This document shows positions 40,571-56,484 of a stretch of DNA of 64,000 nucleotides, piece after piece. The stretch's first letter is position 1, and each line of letters opens with the position of its first letter. Source of the stretch: the human T2T-CHM13v2.0 reference genome, Homo sapiens; NCBI RefSeq assembly GCF_009914755.1, contig NC_060944.1. One strand, given 5' to 3'. The position numbers and the translations under genes were made by a program. The notes under the pieces were generated by a model that was not told the origin of the DNA, ran no database searches, and saw only the letters and a program-made list of their open reading frames with translations.

Positions 40571-41717
40571 CTCTTCTCCCAAGAAACATTAGGCAGATAT
40601 TGGCTGTATTTAAAATAATTCAATTAAGCGGCTCTAAATGACAATCCGGTCACCTGATGGTGGCAGGAAGGGACTATGAACCTTACTCATGGGCCATCCA
40701 TTTATTTACACACAGGACGAGGAGTGTACTGAAGAAGAGGAGAAAAAGCAGGTTCTGGCAGAAATGAGCAGCTACAGCTGAATAATCAATACACCATCGG
40801 TGAAAAGTAATGATACTATGGTACATATGATTCAAAATGGTCACGAATTTCAAAACTATTTTCATAACTCAGGCATCACTGGAAGGTAGTCAATGTTTTT
40901 TCTACCACCAGTCAGAGCATCTTGAGTACGGCTATTCTTTTCCCCCATTTTTAGCTGTATTTCTATCTGACGCTTCTCCCAGGGGCCCAAGAGCTAATTA
41001 AGAGCTTCAGTTTCAAAGACCTTTCCTTCTCACCCCTGTTGTGCCACAGCATCTATGTGAACTGTAAAGGGCAGCAAAATGAGAAAATATTAAAAGGGTA
41101 TTTAATTAAGCAAAGTAAACAGTGAGGTCAATAGCAACTGGAAGCTAACATCTGTCTTCGAACAAGGCAGGCAAGCCACCTTCAGGTACAGGCAACAGAG
41201 GAGTGAGTTTATGCAGGATGCTCCTTTTGTCTACGCCACTTGTGATATCTACTTCTGCTTCAGAGGCGATGAGACATTTAATAAAAGAAAACAAATAGTG
41301 ATGCCTTGCTTTATCTAGGTGGAGAGGAGAAACAACCCTCCAGCTGTTTAGCACTGTGATGTTCAGGCTTCATTTTGCTTTTAAAATTAACCCAGGAAAA
41401 TGAAAAACGTTCTACACTGAACTCCAAATAAACAGCATACACAGCTCTAAGTCTGCCATCTTGAGTCGTTCTGTGCTACTTTCTTCTGATGCTATTTCCA
41501 TAGACAGGAAAGAGTTGGAGAATCCCTGTTATGTATTTGCCAAGCCTCAAACACCTTGTAAATGAGCGTGGGAGCTGGGGAGATGACAGATGTTACCAGT
41601 CTAATGGGGCTGCACATGAGGTGGGATTGTAATTGGGATTGATATTAGAATATCTAAAGCTCAACAAATGGAAAAATTACCAACACAGCCGTATCTGGGG
41701 TGAATAAAAATGGCTTC

Positions 41718-42245
41718 CGTGATGGTCAATTTTATGTGTTAGATTGGCTGGGCCATGGTGTCACTAGATATTTGGTCAACATTATTTGGGATGTGTTTAT
41801 GAGGGTGTTTTTGGATGAGATTAATGTTTGAATCAGTAGAACGAGTAAAGCAGATTGCTTTCCTACTGTGAGTGGGGGCCTCATCCAATCAGGTGAAGGC
41901 CTGAACAGAACAAACTCCAGAGAGTAAGAGGGAATTAAATCCTGTCTTACCGCCTGAAGCTGGAACTTCAGTCTTTTCCTGCCTTTGGACTCAAACTGAA
42001 CCATCAGTTCTTCTTGGGACTTGAGCCTGCTGGCTTTCAGCCTGGAACTTACACGGTCATCTCTCCTGGTTCTGGGGCCTTCCCACTCAGATTGAAACTA
42101 CACCATCGGCTTTCCTGGGTCTCCAGCTTGCCAAATGCAGATCTTGAGACTTCTCAGCCTCCAAAATCACATGATCACATGAATCAGGTCTCTCCCCATC
42201 ATTGCTTATTGCTTGCTGGTTCTGTTTCTCAGGAGAACTCTAACA
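41718..42245 (+). mobile_element. MLT2 (B/C-like) ERVL LTR
   Basis: gtgatggtcaattttatgtg...gagtaaagcagattgc...ctcatccaatcaggtgaaggcctgaa...ggttctgtttctcaggagaactctaac. Confidence 0.85.
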
Positions 42246-42377
42246 GAGCTTCCAAACCACAATTTGTGAAGTGGTAAAAAAAGCACTACTTCAATACCAT
42301 GGGTTATGTGTGGAAGTGTAAAACTCACAAATATATTTAACACTATATTTCACTGTCTAAGTTAAGATTAATGTCCA

Positions 42378-42682
42378 GGCCAGGCATGGTGGCTCACGCC
42401 TGTAATCCCAGCACTTGGGGAGGCTGAGGCGGGCACATCACGAGGTCAGGAGATCAAGACCATTCTGGCTGGCTAACACGGTGAAACCCTATCTCTACTA
42501 AAAATGCAAAAAATTAGCTGGGCGTGGTGGCGGGCACCTGTAGTCCCAGCTTCTTGGGAGGCTGAGGCAGGAGAATGGCGTGAACCCAGGAGGCGGAGCT
42601 TGCAGTGAGCCTAGATCGCACTGTTGCACTCCAGCCTGGGCGACAGAGTGAGACTCCATCTCAGAAAAAAAAAAAAAAAAAA
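42378..42682 (+). mobile_element. AluY, full length
   Basis: Y diagnostics ggctaacacggtgaaacc, ggcgtgaaccc, gagcttgcag. TSD aagattaatgtcc, long pure A tail, 4 bp ggct duplication. Confidence 0.93.
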
Positions 42683-42739
42683 AAGATTAATGTCCTGGGT
42701 TTTGGGTGTCCATACCAATTTCATCACTGGTCCCCAGGT

Positions 42740-43340
42740 CTCATTCAGTTGAACGACAAGCCATACTGATTCTATCTCATGTGTATGTCTCTAACCTACC
42801 AGTTTTTCTCATCCCAGCTGCCAGTGCACCTAGTTTAGGCCACAATCATGTCTCCCTGGAAGATGGGAATACCCTAGTCACTGCTCTTCCTGCCCCCAGG
42901 CTCCCCTGCTCCCACCATTCTCTCCACAGTGATAAAGCCTCATTCCTCCACTTCACTGCTGACAACATTCCATTGGCTCCTGGTCCTCTGGATCAGGTCC
43001 AAAGTCATGGAGATGGCTTGTGGAATCTGGCTTTTCCTTCCTTGTCTACCCTCAACCACCAATCTCACCTTTCCACAGTAGATCCAGATTCCTGAGTCCC
43101 ACCCTAGTCCTGGTGAATCAGAATATACTGGAACAAGGCTGCAGAATCTGTATTTTTCAAAAAGCTGCTCAAGATAATTTCAAAGATTAGGCCAGATAGG
43201 TTTGAGAACCACAGCTTTGGGACTCACATCCTCTGACCTTAACAAAAGAAGTCCATGACTATCCCTGCAGTTATGACAGTCTCCTGTAATGATGTGTCTC
43301 TGCTCCATTAGAATTGTGAGCTCCTTGAAGACGCAAGCTA
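42740..43340 (+). mobile_element. L2 relic containing a MER5-like insert (~43090-43215)
   Basis: L2-like catgtctccctggaagatgggaataccctagtcactg and tagaattgtgagctccttga. MER5-like tgaatcagaat...aatctgtatttttcaaaaagct...tttgagaaccac. Confidence 0.55.
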
Positions 43341-43361
43341 TACGACTGACTGCATGCAAAA

Positions 43362-43541
43362 CTTGTTATTGGTTTATTCAGGGATTCAAATTCTTCCTGG
43401 CTTAGACTTGGAAGGATGTATGTGTCCAGGAATTTATCTATTTCTTCTAGGTTTTCTAGTTTATTTGTGTAGAGGTGTTTATAGTATTCTCTGATGGTAG
43501 TTTGTATTTATGTGGGATCAGTGGTGATATCCCCTATATCA
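43362..43541 (-). mobile_element. Isolated internal L1 (L1P) ORF2 fragment, 180 bp
   Basis: Minus strand translates [58 protein letters not shown], matching L1 ORF2p between the EN and RT domains. Confidence 0.9.
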
Positions 43542-43639
43542 GGTTCAGTGCAGTCATGGGAAGCAGTCCTGAGCATGAACGGTGACTGTCACAGTCACTG
43601 AATGGCTTTAATAAAGACAGCAAAGACCCTAAAAGAAAG

Positions 43640-44335
43640 ACCATCAGACATCAAGTGCTTCCTGTACAATGCAATTAGAAGTATAGTCCCACCTATAAAG
43701 TGTTCTTGCAAAAAAAAATCAAACCTGAACTTAATCAAGCCTCTGGTTTTCAGAAGATGCAGGGTTAGAGGAGCACGGTGAACAATGCCACGGAGTTGCA
43801 CTCAGCGAAACCCAGAACATGAGGAATTCAACAGGTAAATGACATGCTGTCCTCATCAAATAAATGGTGAGTAATAAAAAAAAAAAAGAGAGAAAAACCT
43901 ACAGATTGTAAGAAACCAGAAAGACGTATCAACCAATGCTATGTGTAAATATGTTGGTCATGATTGAAACATACATGTTGTAAGACAGAAAACTGGTATG
44001 GCTTCAACACTGACTGAATATTTGTTTATGTTGAGAGATGAATTTGGAGCGTGTGTGTCTGTATTTGATGATAGTATTGTGGTTACATTTAAAAATTAAA
44101 GTCTTGCTTTCTTAAGAGATATAGCTTAAAATATTTATAGATGAAATAATATGATGCCTGATATTTGCTTTAAAATAATCCCATGTGTGCGTGTGTGTGT
44201 GTATGTGTGTGTGCATATAAATAAGATTGGCCCCATGATGACTGTATGTTGAAGTGGGGTGATGGAGAGGGTACATTGGGGTTCATTACATTATTCATTC
44301 TGGTTTTCTACATATTGTCATAAAATGAAAAAAGA
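43640..44335 (+). mobile_element. L1ME-like 3'UTR relic
   Basis: aaagtgttcttgcaaaaaaaaatcaaacctgaac...atttatagatgaaataatatgatgcctg...gggttcattacattattc. Confidence 0.65.
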
Positions 44336-45639
44336 GAAAACACAGGCCATTAGTTTCTACATCACAGTATCTGAGATTCCCTTTAATCCAATGAGGCTTG
44401 GAAAGTTTGAGATGGTTGTATTACCCTTTGCATGGTAGAAATTGGCTAGTATAACAGAGTTGGATTATTTGATTTTAAGAACTCATTTAACATCTGATAT
44501 TAACACATCCAACACTCTTAGGTAAAGGCAATTTGCTCTTTTGAACCAGAAAGGGTTGCAAAGAATTGCCACAGAAGGTCACTCTGTACCAAAGAGAACT
44601 TTGGCTATGTCCTTAAATGAAGACATTCACATTTCCATGAAAAATTCTAATCACATTTTGGTATTAAATTAATGTCCTCAAGTACTTCTGGCTCTGCACA
44701 CAAACTAAATAGAAGATTCTGTCAACTTTTCTGTCTGACAGAACTAAGGAGAATTTAGTTTCAGTACTGTAGAAAGTTAAGAGGGGGAGGCAGGAACAAC
44801 CTTTATTAGATTTCTTAAGTGACCCTTGAATAAAAAACTTTTACAATTTATACTAACAGTTAAATCTAATAATAGGTCACTTAGAATATCGCAAATAATA
44901 CTACAAGATAGAAGAACATGAAGACCCTCAACCAAACACCGGTGTGAAAAAGTCTTTGCTGTAGTATATGAAAATTATAGGGGAAAAGGATCTTTACAAC
45001 TGTTTGTCCAATTACATCAGTGTTCCATGCGGCCTCTCACCTACTTAATGGTTACATGTGATTACGACATATTTCCTTCTTGGCTTCTGTGTTCAAACAT
45101 TTTAACACGGAAAGGGAATCCCACTAGGTCTAATTTTCAGACTTGGGAAGGCAATGATTGATTCATATAGACAGACGTTGAACTTGAGTTTGGGAAGAAC
45201 AAGTGAATAAATATGGTGCTTGATAAAAGATACAACAGTGACTCTCAAATTTTAGAGTAATGAGTGAGCCACTTCTAATAAAATATAAATTATCATATGC
45301 TAAGCAGTGGAAAATACATATGAAAAACATAACTTGTTTGGAAGATGTGTTCCTTTTAATAACAATTTAAATTATACTCTCAAGAAAAAATGATTAATAG
45401 TGTCAAATCTACCCATCTGTCCATCCACCCAGCCACTGTTCTTCTCTTCCCTCTTCTTCTTTTTCTTTCTTTTTTATTTTTATTTTTTTAAGCAAAGCAC
45501 TAAGGGCACAGTGGAAAAATAAGAGGTTGGAGGAAGGATAGAAGTGAAAGAGCAATTAAGAGAGAAAAGGAGGAAAGGACTATTATAAATACATAACTAC
45601 CACATGATGATTTATTTTTGAACATGTACCTTTTAAAAA

Positions 45640-47990
<2,351 letters not shown>

Positions 47991-48059
47991 AAATGTTTAC
48001 TTGTAAAATTATACTGTAAGTCACTACAACACAGCTGCAAAGTAGCAACAGCTTAAAAA

Positions 48060-48500
48060 AACAATAATCATTTCTAGTGTTTGCTATGTATCAGGAACCT
48101 ATCCAAATATTTTATATGAATTATTTCATTAACCATTACAACTATATAAGATGGGTAATATTATTTCCATTTTATGTGTAATAAAACTGATTCACAGAGA
48201 AGTAACTTGTCCAAGATTATTCAGTCATTAAGTAGCAGAGCAGTAATTCACAACCAGATCTAATGGTTCTATAGTGTATGCTTTTAACTTTATTGTATAT
48301 CAACTGAGGACATATTACAGACTATATTTTCTATTAGGTACTTTTTACATACCATTCTCATTTGATCCCCTCAACAATCCTGAAAACTAGTTGTTCTTAT
48401 CCTTGTTTTGCACTGAGAATAATGATGCTCAGAGGGGTTAAATAACTTGCCCAGTGGCATTTTGCAATGTGGTAGAGCAAGCACTCAAACCCATGTTTAC
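48060..48500 (-). mobile_element. Two adjacent MIR relics
   Basis: Cores aaactgattcacagagaagtaacttgtccaag and gatgctcagaggggttaaataacttgccca. Confidence 0.6.
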
Positions 48501-50099
48501 AAATGTGCTCTCATTTTGAATTTTTTTGTATTTTTTTGTCAGAACAAATATCTGCTATTTGCTGTTCAACACGGTTTTAACTGGACACTGAACAAATATT
48601 TACTGAGGACATATTAACGGGCAGATACTGTTCTAGGTGAATGAAGCATCTGGAATCCTGTCTTCACAAACTCAGCCTCTCATAAAACATAAAATACTTT
48701 GTAACAAAACCAACCAATCAACAAGCAAAAAACTTTCCAACAACTGCTAAAATGCTGTGACCAAGAAATAACAGGGGAAATCTGGTGGATGGCATTAGGG
48801 CCAGGACTGCTTCTACTCGGTGGGCAGGGCATGCCTCTCTGAGGAGAATACATTTGAGCTGAGGGAAGTATTCCAAGCCCTGAGATGTTTTGGCCGACTA
48901 AAAACACGATCAGTAAAGAAATGAAGATCCTGATTTCCAGCTTAGAGTTTAACCTGGGAGCCCAAAGATGGAGAACAACTTCGGCTCATAGGGTGTTTTG
49001 ATTCCCTGAGTGGTTAGCCATCATCTCAATACTGAATGTCATTTGGGGAATAAGAAGGAGAAAAATGGCAGAGTACAACTGTTTGATGACATGCAGGGAG
49101 TCCTCCCTTTTCTCCCCTAGACTTCCATCTGAGTTTAGAAGTTGTTATTATTCTTGAGAATAGTTGTCTTAATTTTGCTTTCCTCTTACACCAATTACTG
49201 CTCATGAAAACCAAAGTGAGATTTTTCCCACATACCCTCCAATTGGAGACTCTCGCTCATTGGTGCATTCATAAAGCACTAACACATATACATAGGATTT
49301 CTGTTGTATAAAATGATTTGACAGGCAATTAGCCTCAGGATTGCAGCATCTTCAGCTTCTCTGACTCCAAGAGCCACCAACATGGAAAAGCCCCCACACT
49401 CCAGTTCAGTTTCCTTGAATACTCCAACAGCCACTAAACATAACACCTTTCAAAAATGCTTTGCTGCTGATGATAGTGGTAATGGACTAATAACAGAAAA
49501 CAGCTCCTGCTAATGTAAATAACCAGATAACCAGAAGAAAAAAAATAAAAACCTAAATGAGGAAGAAAACAGTTTTTCCTATGAGGTATTTATTTAATCT
49601 CTATGTTTGATAATGGTTCTATTATTATATGTTTTGTAAGATCAGCAGAGAATAGATGAAAAGAACATTAAATGTAGAACTGCCTAATATCTTTCCAATA
49701 GGTAAATGACTGAGAAAACTCAGAAATCCTAGGATTTTTACTTCTTGATATTTACTTTGAAACCAAAAAGGCTCAATCTATAAAAATGTCTAAACCAAAT
49801 AATTCTATTATTGAAAATTTGAGGTTTGAGAGTAAAATAAAACTAAAGTAGAATGAGAAAGTGTTTTTAGTCAGGAAAAACTAGGCTGTGTGTTGCAGGC
49901 ACCATAAGCCAGAAAGGTGACTGCTGGCCGTGGAGTGGTGGTGGTGGTGATATATCAATACTGACAGCCATTACTAATACCTGTATTTGGCAGATAAGTC
50001 ATTTGAACTACCGAGACTTTATTTTGGAAACAGTTCTTCACTTAGTTAACATCTCCCATTAGACAGGACAATGCCTATAAACTCTGGGCATCCCTTTAC

Positions 50100-51225
50100 T
50101 GCGAGAAAAATAAAAGAAAAGCAGTTAGGAACCGGCCTGGCATTCTCACAGCTAAGCTGTATTGTTCTCCCGTGGACCACAAACAATTTCAAAGAATATC
50201 AACGCCAGACAAGGTTACTCTGTGACCATGAAGGATCAAGCCCAAAAACTAAAAATAAAAAAAAAGACCACTCCATAATAGTGTCAGATCAAAGACAAAA
50301 ACATGAACACTGTGATCAAATATAATCAAATATTTCCTCTTCTGGGCTAATATAGTGCTTTTTATCAACCATACTTTTTATTGATATGCTATAGTTGTAC
50401 ATATTTTGGGGCTATATGTGATGTTGATACCTGTACAAAATGTGTAATTTCAGGGTAACTGGAATATCCATCAACTCATTTTTCTTTACTTTGTGTTAGA
50501 AACATTGCAATTCATATCTTCTAGCTATTTTGAAATATACAATAAGTGATAATTAACTATAATAGCCACACTGTATTATCAAATGCTAGAACTTATTCCT
50601 TCTAATTGTATTTTTGTACCCATTAACCAACTTCTCTTCACCCACCTTCATCCCCTTCTCAGTCTCTGGTAACCACCATTCTACTCTCTATCCCCATGAG
50701 ATACACGTTTTTTGCTCCCACATATGAGTGAGAACATGCAATATTTGTCTTTCTGTTCCTGGCTTATTGAACTTAACATAATGACCTCCAGTTCCATTCA
50801 TATTGCTGCAAATCCTTTTTAAGGCTGAATAATATTCCATTGTGTATATATACCATATTTTCTTTATCCATTCACCCATTAATGGATGCTTAGGTTGATT
50901 CCATATCTTGGCTTATCAATCATGTTTTAAACCTCACTCTGTTCTTCCTGCTTTCTGGATAAGAATTATTAATACACTCAATCAGAGAATTGCCCCCAGC
51001 ATCCAATCCAGAACAAAGCCCTGCTTTCCTGCATTCTTCCCCAAATTACCTAATACAAGTCCAAATTCTTAATAACTTCCTTTTAATACCTTCTTACTGA
51101 GAAGCTTGCATGGTTCCTGTGGTTCACATGGTTCTTCCTTGTTGTGGTAAATCAATAAATCTAACATTGCTTTAAAATACATCCCAGATGTATTCCTGGG
51201 ATTTTTTGGCTGAAACTCATTGATA
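50100..51225 (+). mobile_element. ERV1 LTR (MER90-like) split by an L1MA insertion
   Basis: cagacaaggttactctgtgacc...agaccactccataat on the left. cagcatccaatccagaacaaagccc...aataaa...ttggctg...cattgata on the right. Confidence 0.65.
50373..50912 (-). mobile_element. 5'-truncated L1MA 3' end
   Basis: gctcccacatatgagtgagaacatgc...ggctgaataatattccattgtgtatatataccat. TSD ttatcaa(c/t)cat at 50362-50372 and 50913-50923. Confidence 0.88.
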
Positions 51226-51709
51226 CTTATCTATTTCTTTGACAGGCAGAAGTCCAGGGCATACACCAAGTCAGCCGGGGACTTCACAGTGGGCAGTCTT
51301 GCAGTCAATGACCTGGTAGACATGCCAAGAGAACTAAGTAGCTGTAAATAACACTGTGTCAATCTGGAAGATAATGATCCTATGCCTCTAATCTTTATCG
51401 TTTTGGACAACAGCTCCACCATGATTAAATCTTTCAGAAAGTCATTTTTATTTTTCAGATTACAATCTTACAGGTTGAAAGACAGACTGGTATTACAGCA
51501 AGAGTTCCGGTATCTTCCAGGAATCATCAAGAATAAGAATAGTGACACGATTTTAGTGTCTCTGCTGTCATTGACTTTGCAAGTAAATGTAACAAACTGA
51601 GATACTGCTATTGTTACATTTCACGATTGCTGGGGAGTGGTGCTCTTTTGCCTTCCCCTGGCTCTTAAAACAGCTCTGAAATGCACCATAAGGCTCCATC
51701 ATTTTCCTT

Positions 51710-51985
51710 GTCATCATTATCACCATCACCACCACCACAATCATCTCTATCATCTCTATCATCACAGGACCAACGAACATTTTCGAGTGTTTTTCTTTGT
51801 ACCAGATTCCGTGTTGTATATGCAATCACATTTAATTCTCAGTACAACTCTAGGAAAATGGTATTATTATCCTCATTGTTCAGAGAAGGAAACTGAAACA
51901 GTGACATTAAATAATTCCAAAGGAGCAGAATCAGTACTCAAAACTAGGATGATCTGCTCCAAGGTCCACACTCTTAGCTATCACA
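51710..51985 (-). mobile_element. MIR relic with adjacent (CAT/CAC)n simple repeat
   Basis: catcattatcaccatcaccaccaccac followed by tattattatcctcattgttcagagaaggaaactgaaacag. Confidence 0.65.
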
Positions 51986-52545
51986 TTTCTTTCGATCTAT
52001 CTTAATGCTCAAGCTAAAGAGATGAAAATGGGGACAGAAGAGGTAGATTTCAGCTGCTGGCTGCTCCAGTTTTCTAGGCAGTTTTGAAGAAAATTTCCTA
52101 GGATGGCTCAGCTTCTTACTTCCAAAAGTGATTGTATTATTCTGGAAACTTTTGTGGTTTTAGAGGATTTCATTTTTTTCATTAATTATAGTTACTCCTT
52201 GAAATGACAGATTATTAAAATGATTAGTAGAAATATTTCCAAGTAGATAATAATGTTCTCTGAAATTAATAACCCAAAATGCACCTTTCATCAATGAACA
52301 AAAATAAAACAGAAAACTCATTAACTTGGGGCTAATTTGGGCAGATTTTCTGATAATTCAGTGAAGGTGAAGCATGTGTGAAGTATAATGGGAGATTAGG
52401 AATTGAATTAGACATCAATTCTGCCAACTTCAAGTATTGAAGAGCACAGCAGGGAAGATGTGAGACATAAACATAGCTTTTGATACATGTAAAAAGTGAC
52501 AGGAGTCTTAGAGAAGTAGAGATGAGGTTTCATGAATGTTCCAAA

Positions 52546-52790
52546 GCAGTGCTACTCAAAGTGTGGTCCATGTTTCAGACACTTTTACTGTAATTTAACT
52601 AATTTTATGTCTGTTGAATCTACATATAATAAAGAAAAGAATTGTGCTTCTATTTTGTATGTCCTTTTTATTTATTTTTTTCTTGTAATTAATTGTCATT
52701 CATTGTGCCAAAGTACTGGTAAGTGATGGAATTAAGTACCTGGTCCTTTACCACTGGCAGTTCGAGAAATAGAATATTCTAGAACCATAT
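52546..52790 (+). mobile_element. hAT-Charlie family DNA transposon relic
   Basis: cagtgctactcaaagtgtggtcc ... ctggtcctttaccactggcagttcgagaa ends. Confidence 0.55.
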
Positions 52791-53695
52791 GGTTCAGCTT
52801 CAGATGTTTCAGGCCCGTGGTTAAGAAATACTATATACCACATTTATTAGAACTCAATTTGATATCCATTTGGATATACATATTTATATACTATGTATGT
52901 GTGTATATTATACATGTATATTTTATATAATACGTATAATATTTAAAGCCATAAAAATGTCTTTAAAGATATTCTAAGCTTATATTTTTCAGTAATTCAC
53001 ATAAAATATCCTTTTTTATACTTTAATGAATTTGACATACTCTTAAATCTGCACAAGAACAATGTGACATCTCATAAATAAACAAAGCTGTAAGCAACAG
53101 AGATTCAGAAACTTTTATTACTCACAAAGTGAATATTTGAAGTCAACAATCACAATAAACATCTTTCCTTAAACAACGAAAATAAGATTATAAATAAAAG
53201 CCATCGTTACTGCCATGGTTAGTTAAGAGATGAGGAAAGGGGCTTGTGTTATTAACTAGTTTCTTCAGTTCTAGAACACTGCTTGGCACAGAGTAGGGGC
53301 TCAATAATTGCTGAATAACTGGAATGGCATTTAAGAATAAATAATTAGACAGTGGATCTTAGTTAACACTGTAGTGATAACACTGGGAGGTGACTTTTTT
53401 CAACAGCAATGGCCTTTCTTTACAGGAAGAACCAACTCCATTCCAAACTTAGAGTATGCTGATTAAAAGAAGGGGTTTGTTCTAAAAGACAACTGAGTAT
53501 GAACTGTGGCTTTGCCACTTACTACCTTTGTGACCCTCTTTCTCCTCCCCAAGACATAGGCCTTCACCTGTAAGATGAAGATAATGGCAGAACTCACCAA
53601 GTTGGTTGTGAGGAATGTATGACAGGATATCATAAGCATTTTCCACTCATGCTTGGCCTTAATAAACAGCAAGCAAATGTGGGAAAGCAGGCACT

Positions 53696-53774
53696 ATGTG
53701 AAGCATATGAAATTGCTGATACTCCACCATTTCTGGTCTACAACACAATGGCAGTTTCTAATGGCTTGACCTAA
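53696..53774. mobile_element. MADE2-like mariner MITE
   Basis: gaagcatatgaaattgc ... ggcagtttctaatggcttgacctaa, an imperfect ~80 bp palindrome. Confidence 0.65.
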
Positions 53775-56173
53775 GTTACGCTATCTCACTGAAAATACAT
53801 TAAGAAGCAACTTTTGCTCAAACTAACACATCAGAGACTGGGTACATTCTTTTCCTGTTACCTCCACTGCTCTATCTGCCAACACATGTCTCCCAGGCAG
53901 CTGTCAGGGCTACCGGAAGGAATGTCTGGAGCCTGGGAAGCATGTCACATATGAGGAGTGTTGTTAGCAGAAGCCTCTGACTGACTGAGGGCAGAGTCTG
54001 CCCACAACATGCACAGTTACACTGAACTGGTTGAGCTGGGCCAGGATGGCAGTGTAGGGAGATCTACCCACATTAGAAATCTTCAAAGATTCTATAGTTC
54101 TTTTTGAACAAAAATGCTGGGAGCATTTGAGCATGAGATGTAAAGCAATTATTAGCCAGATTCTGAAAAAACTGGCTCCAGCTACAAACTAAAGTTGGCT
54201 AGGTATCAGTGGAGCAGATAGAAGTTTGGCAATGAGATGAGCCCTTATGACCCAATTTATACTCCTCTACTTACTATCTTACCATCATCACATTCTTACT
54301 CTTGCCTTTATGTGGTGCAGTATGTTAAATGTTACAATTTCCAGCCCCTACACTATCACCACCCACCACCAGACACATAACCAATGCTCCTTGCTCCAAG
54401 GTAAAAAAATTAATCTCCAAAACATCTGACGACAGTGAGAAATTTCTGTTCCTATCCATCATTTCTAAAAATAAATATTTTAACAGACTTAACTTTTATA
54501 ACTTGAGAGTGCCAAAATGGTGTTTATGTCTTTAACATGAAAACATTTTACACTTTTTGCTAATAAACTCAAACACAAGGTCCAAATCTTAGAAATATCT
54601 TAATGGAAGATCAAAACACAACTGAATCCCTACTTAAAACACTATTTTATACAGCTATATCATGGTGAGGTTCAGAAAGTTGCATTTCTGGATATTAATA
54701 ATCAGTTGGATAACTTCTTTTAAGCAGACATCACATTTATCAGCTAGTGCAGATGTGTCCTACTTGAATCCATATGTGTTTATGTATTTATATATATGAC
54801 TAGGTAAAGTTTCATATAGGAATTTAAACATACACACTTAGAGGAAAGGAAATATCTCATTTGTCTTTGTATTCTATGTAACACCTACCACTGTCTCCAG
54901 CATGTAGTAAGGAATTAAATGAATGTTTGTTGAGTTAAATGGGAAGTTCAGGGAAAATAACTAAGTTGATTTTCATATGAAAATAGTCGCAGGGAATTAA
55001 CTCGAGAATCTCAGATTAACTTTCTATTAAAGTGAAGGTTACTTATACTTGCTCCTTGAAAAGAAGATAATATTCTAAGATTTAACAGTCAACATTAGGT
55101 GAAATGCATTAAATTTCAAAAGTAAGTGCTTATTTCCATAAGGTGTGGAAGCTGTTCTCTAGAGGATAATGCCACAGATAAATAACAGTCACAGCCAAGG
55201 GAAGGAAGGGTTCCTTGCCTAGGCAGAGACATTAACATAAAACTCTGCTCATCAACAGCTGATGGTTTAGAAGGGTTCAGTGATGAAGCAGCAGATGCCA
55301 AAAGGACAAACACAGGTTCCACCTGAAAGCATTAACAATGAAAGAGTGCCCTGAACTTTGCTCTAAGTCAGGAAGTTGGAATGGAAAACCAAGGGTACCC
55401 AGTGCTGTGCTCACAAATGCATGGCACACAAAATGCCCAATCTGTCATGGCACAGCTGTGCACCATGTGAGTTTAACAAGAGCCCTGAGTAGCCAGGGAT
55501 GACAACAATCTATTTTCTGTTGGCATATAAAAACAAGTTTATAAACCATCATTCTCCATGTTTCCATTAAAGGCAGGTCTAGTTAATGAAGGCAGGGAAG
55601 AGTTAGGTAAAGAAAATCATCCCTAGTTCTACTGTAATTTTTTAATTTTTTTTGTATGATACAATCAAACCTTTGAGAAAACTTGGTCAAGCAGACTCAC
55701 CGCAATAATCTTTTCCTTGAACACAAATTCTTCAGTTGGGTATCAGGATCATGCCATTCTAGGTTGAATTACTTCTTCAGATGTGTAACTCTGTAGTCTA
55801 ACTCAAATGCCTCTAAGCATGGCTGTATCCCGAAACTCCTCTTTTCTCAGAGTGGTTCTATATTCAATATCTCAAAACTCTAAAATGCTCCTCATAGACA
55901 ACAACCTCCCAGTCTTCAATTTCTCCTTTGCTCCCACTTCTCTCCTTCTGCTCTCACGGGAACCTCCAGCCTCTAGATATTTCCCTAATCCTTGTTCAGT
56001 GGCATTAAGTGCATGCCATGGGCAGCCAATTTTAACTGGCTGTCACCAGCAATGAGAATACCTACTTTTTATACAGCACTTCACAATCCAGAAAGGGCTC
56101 TCTCAGGACTTTCCTTATTTGACTTTATTTCCAGTAGGTCTTACTATTATTACTCTTAAAAGAAGTAGCAAAG

Positions 56174-56484
56174 GGCTGGGCGCAGTGGCTCACGCCTGTG
56201 ATGCTAGCACATTGAGAGATGGAGGCGGGAGGATGGCTTGAGGTCAAGAGCTCGAGACCAGCTTGGCCAACATGGTGAAACCCCGTCTCTACTAAAAATA
56301 TAAAAATTAGCTGGGCATGGTGGTGCACGCCTGTAATCTCAGCTACTCAAAGGCTGAGGCAGCAGAATCGCTTGAATCTGAGGGGTGGAGGTTGCAGTGA
56401 GCTGAGACTGTGCCACTGAACTCCAGCCTGGGCAACAGAGCGAGACTCCGTCTCAAACAAAACAAAAACAAAAACAAAAACAAA
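56174..56484 (+). mobile_element. AluS, full length
   Basis: Dimeric Alu with (CAAAAA)n tail and imperfect TSD gaagtag(c/t)aa. Confidence 0.93.

Noticed and set aside
51637-52005. His-rich 122 aa ORF
   Set aside because: Derived from a (CAT/CAC)n repeat plus MIR sequence, antisense within an intron.
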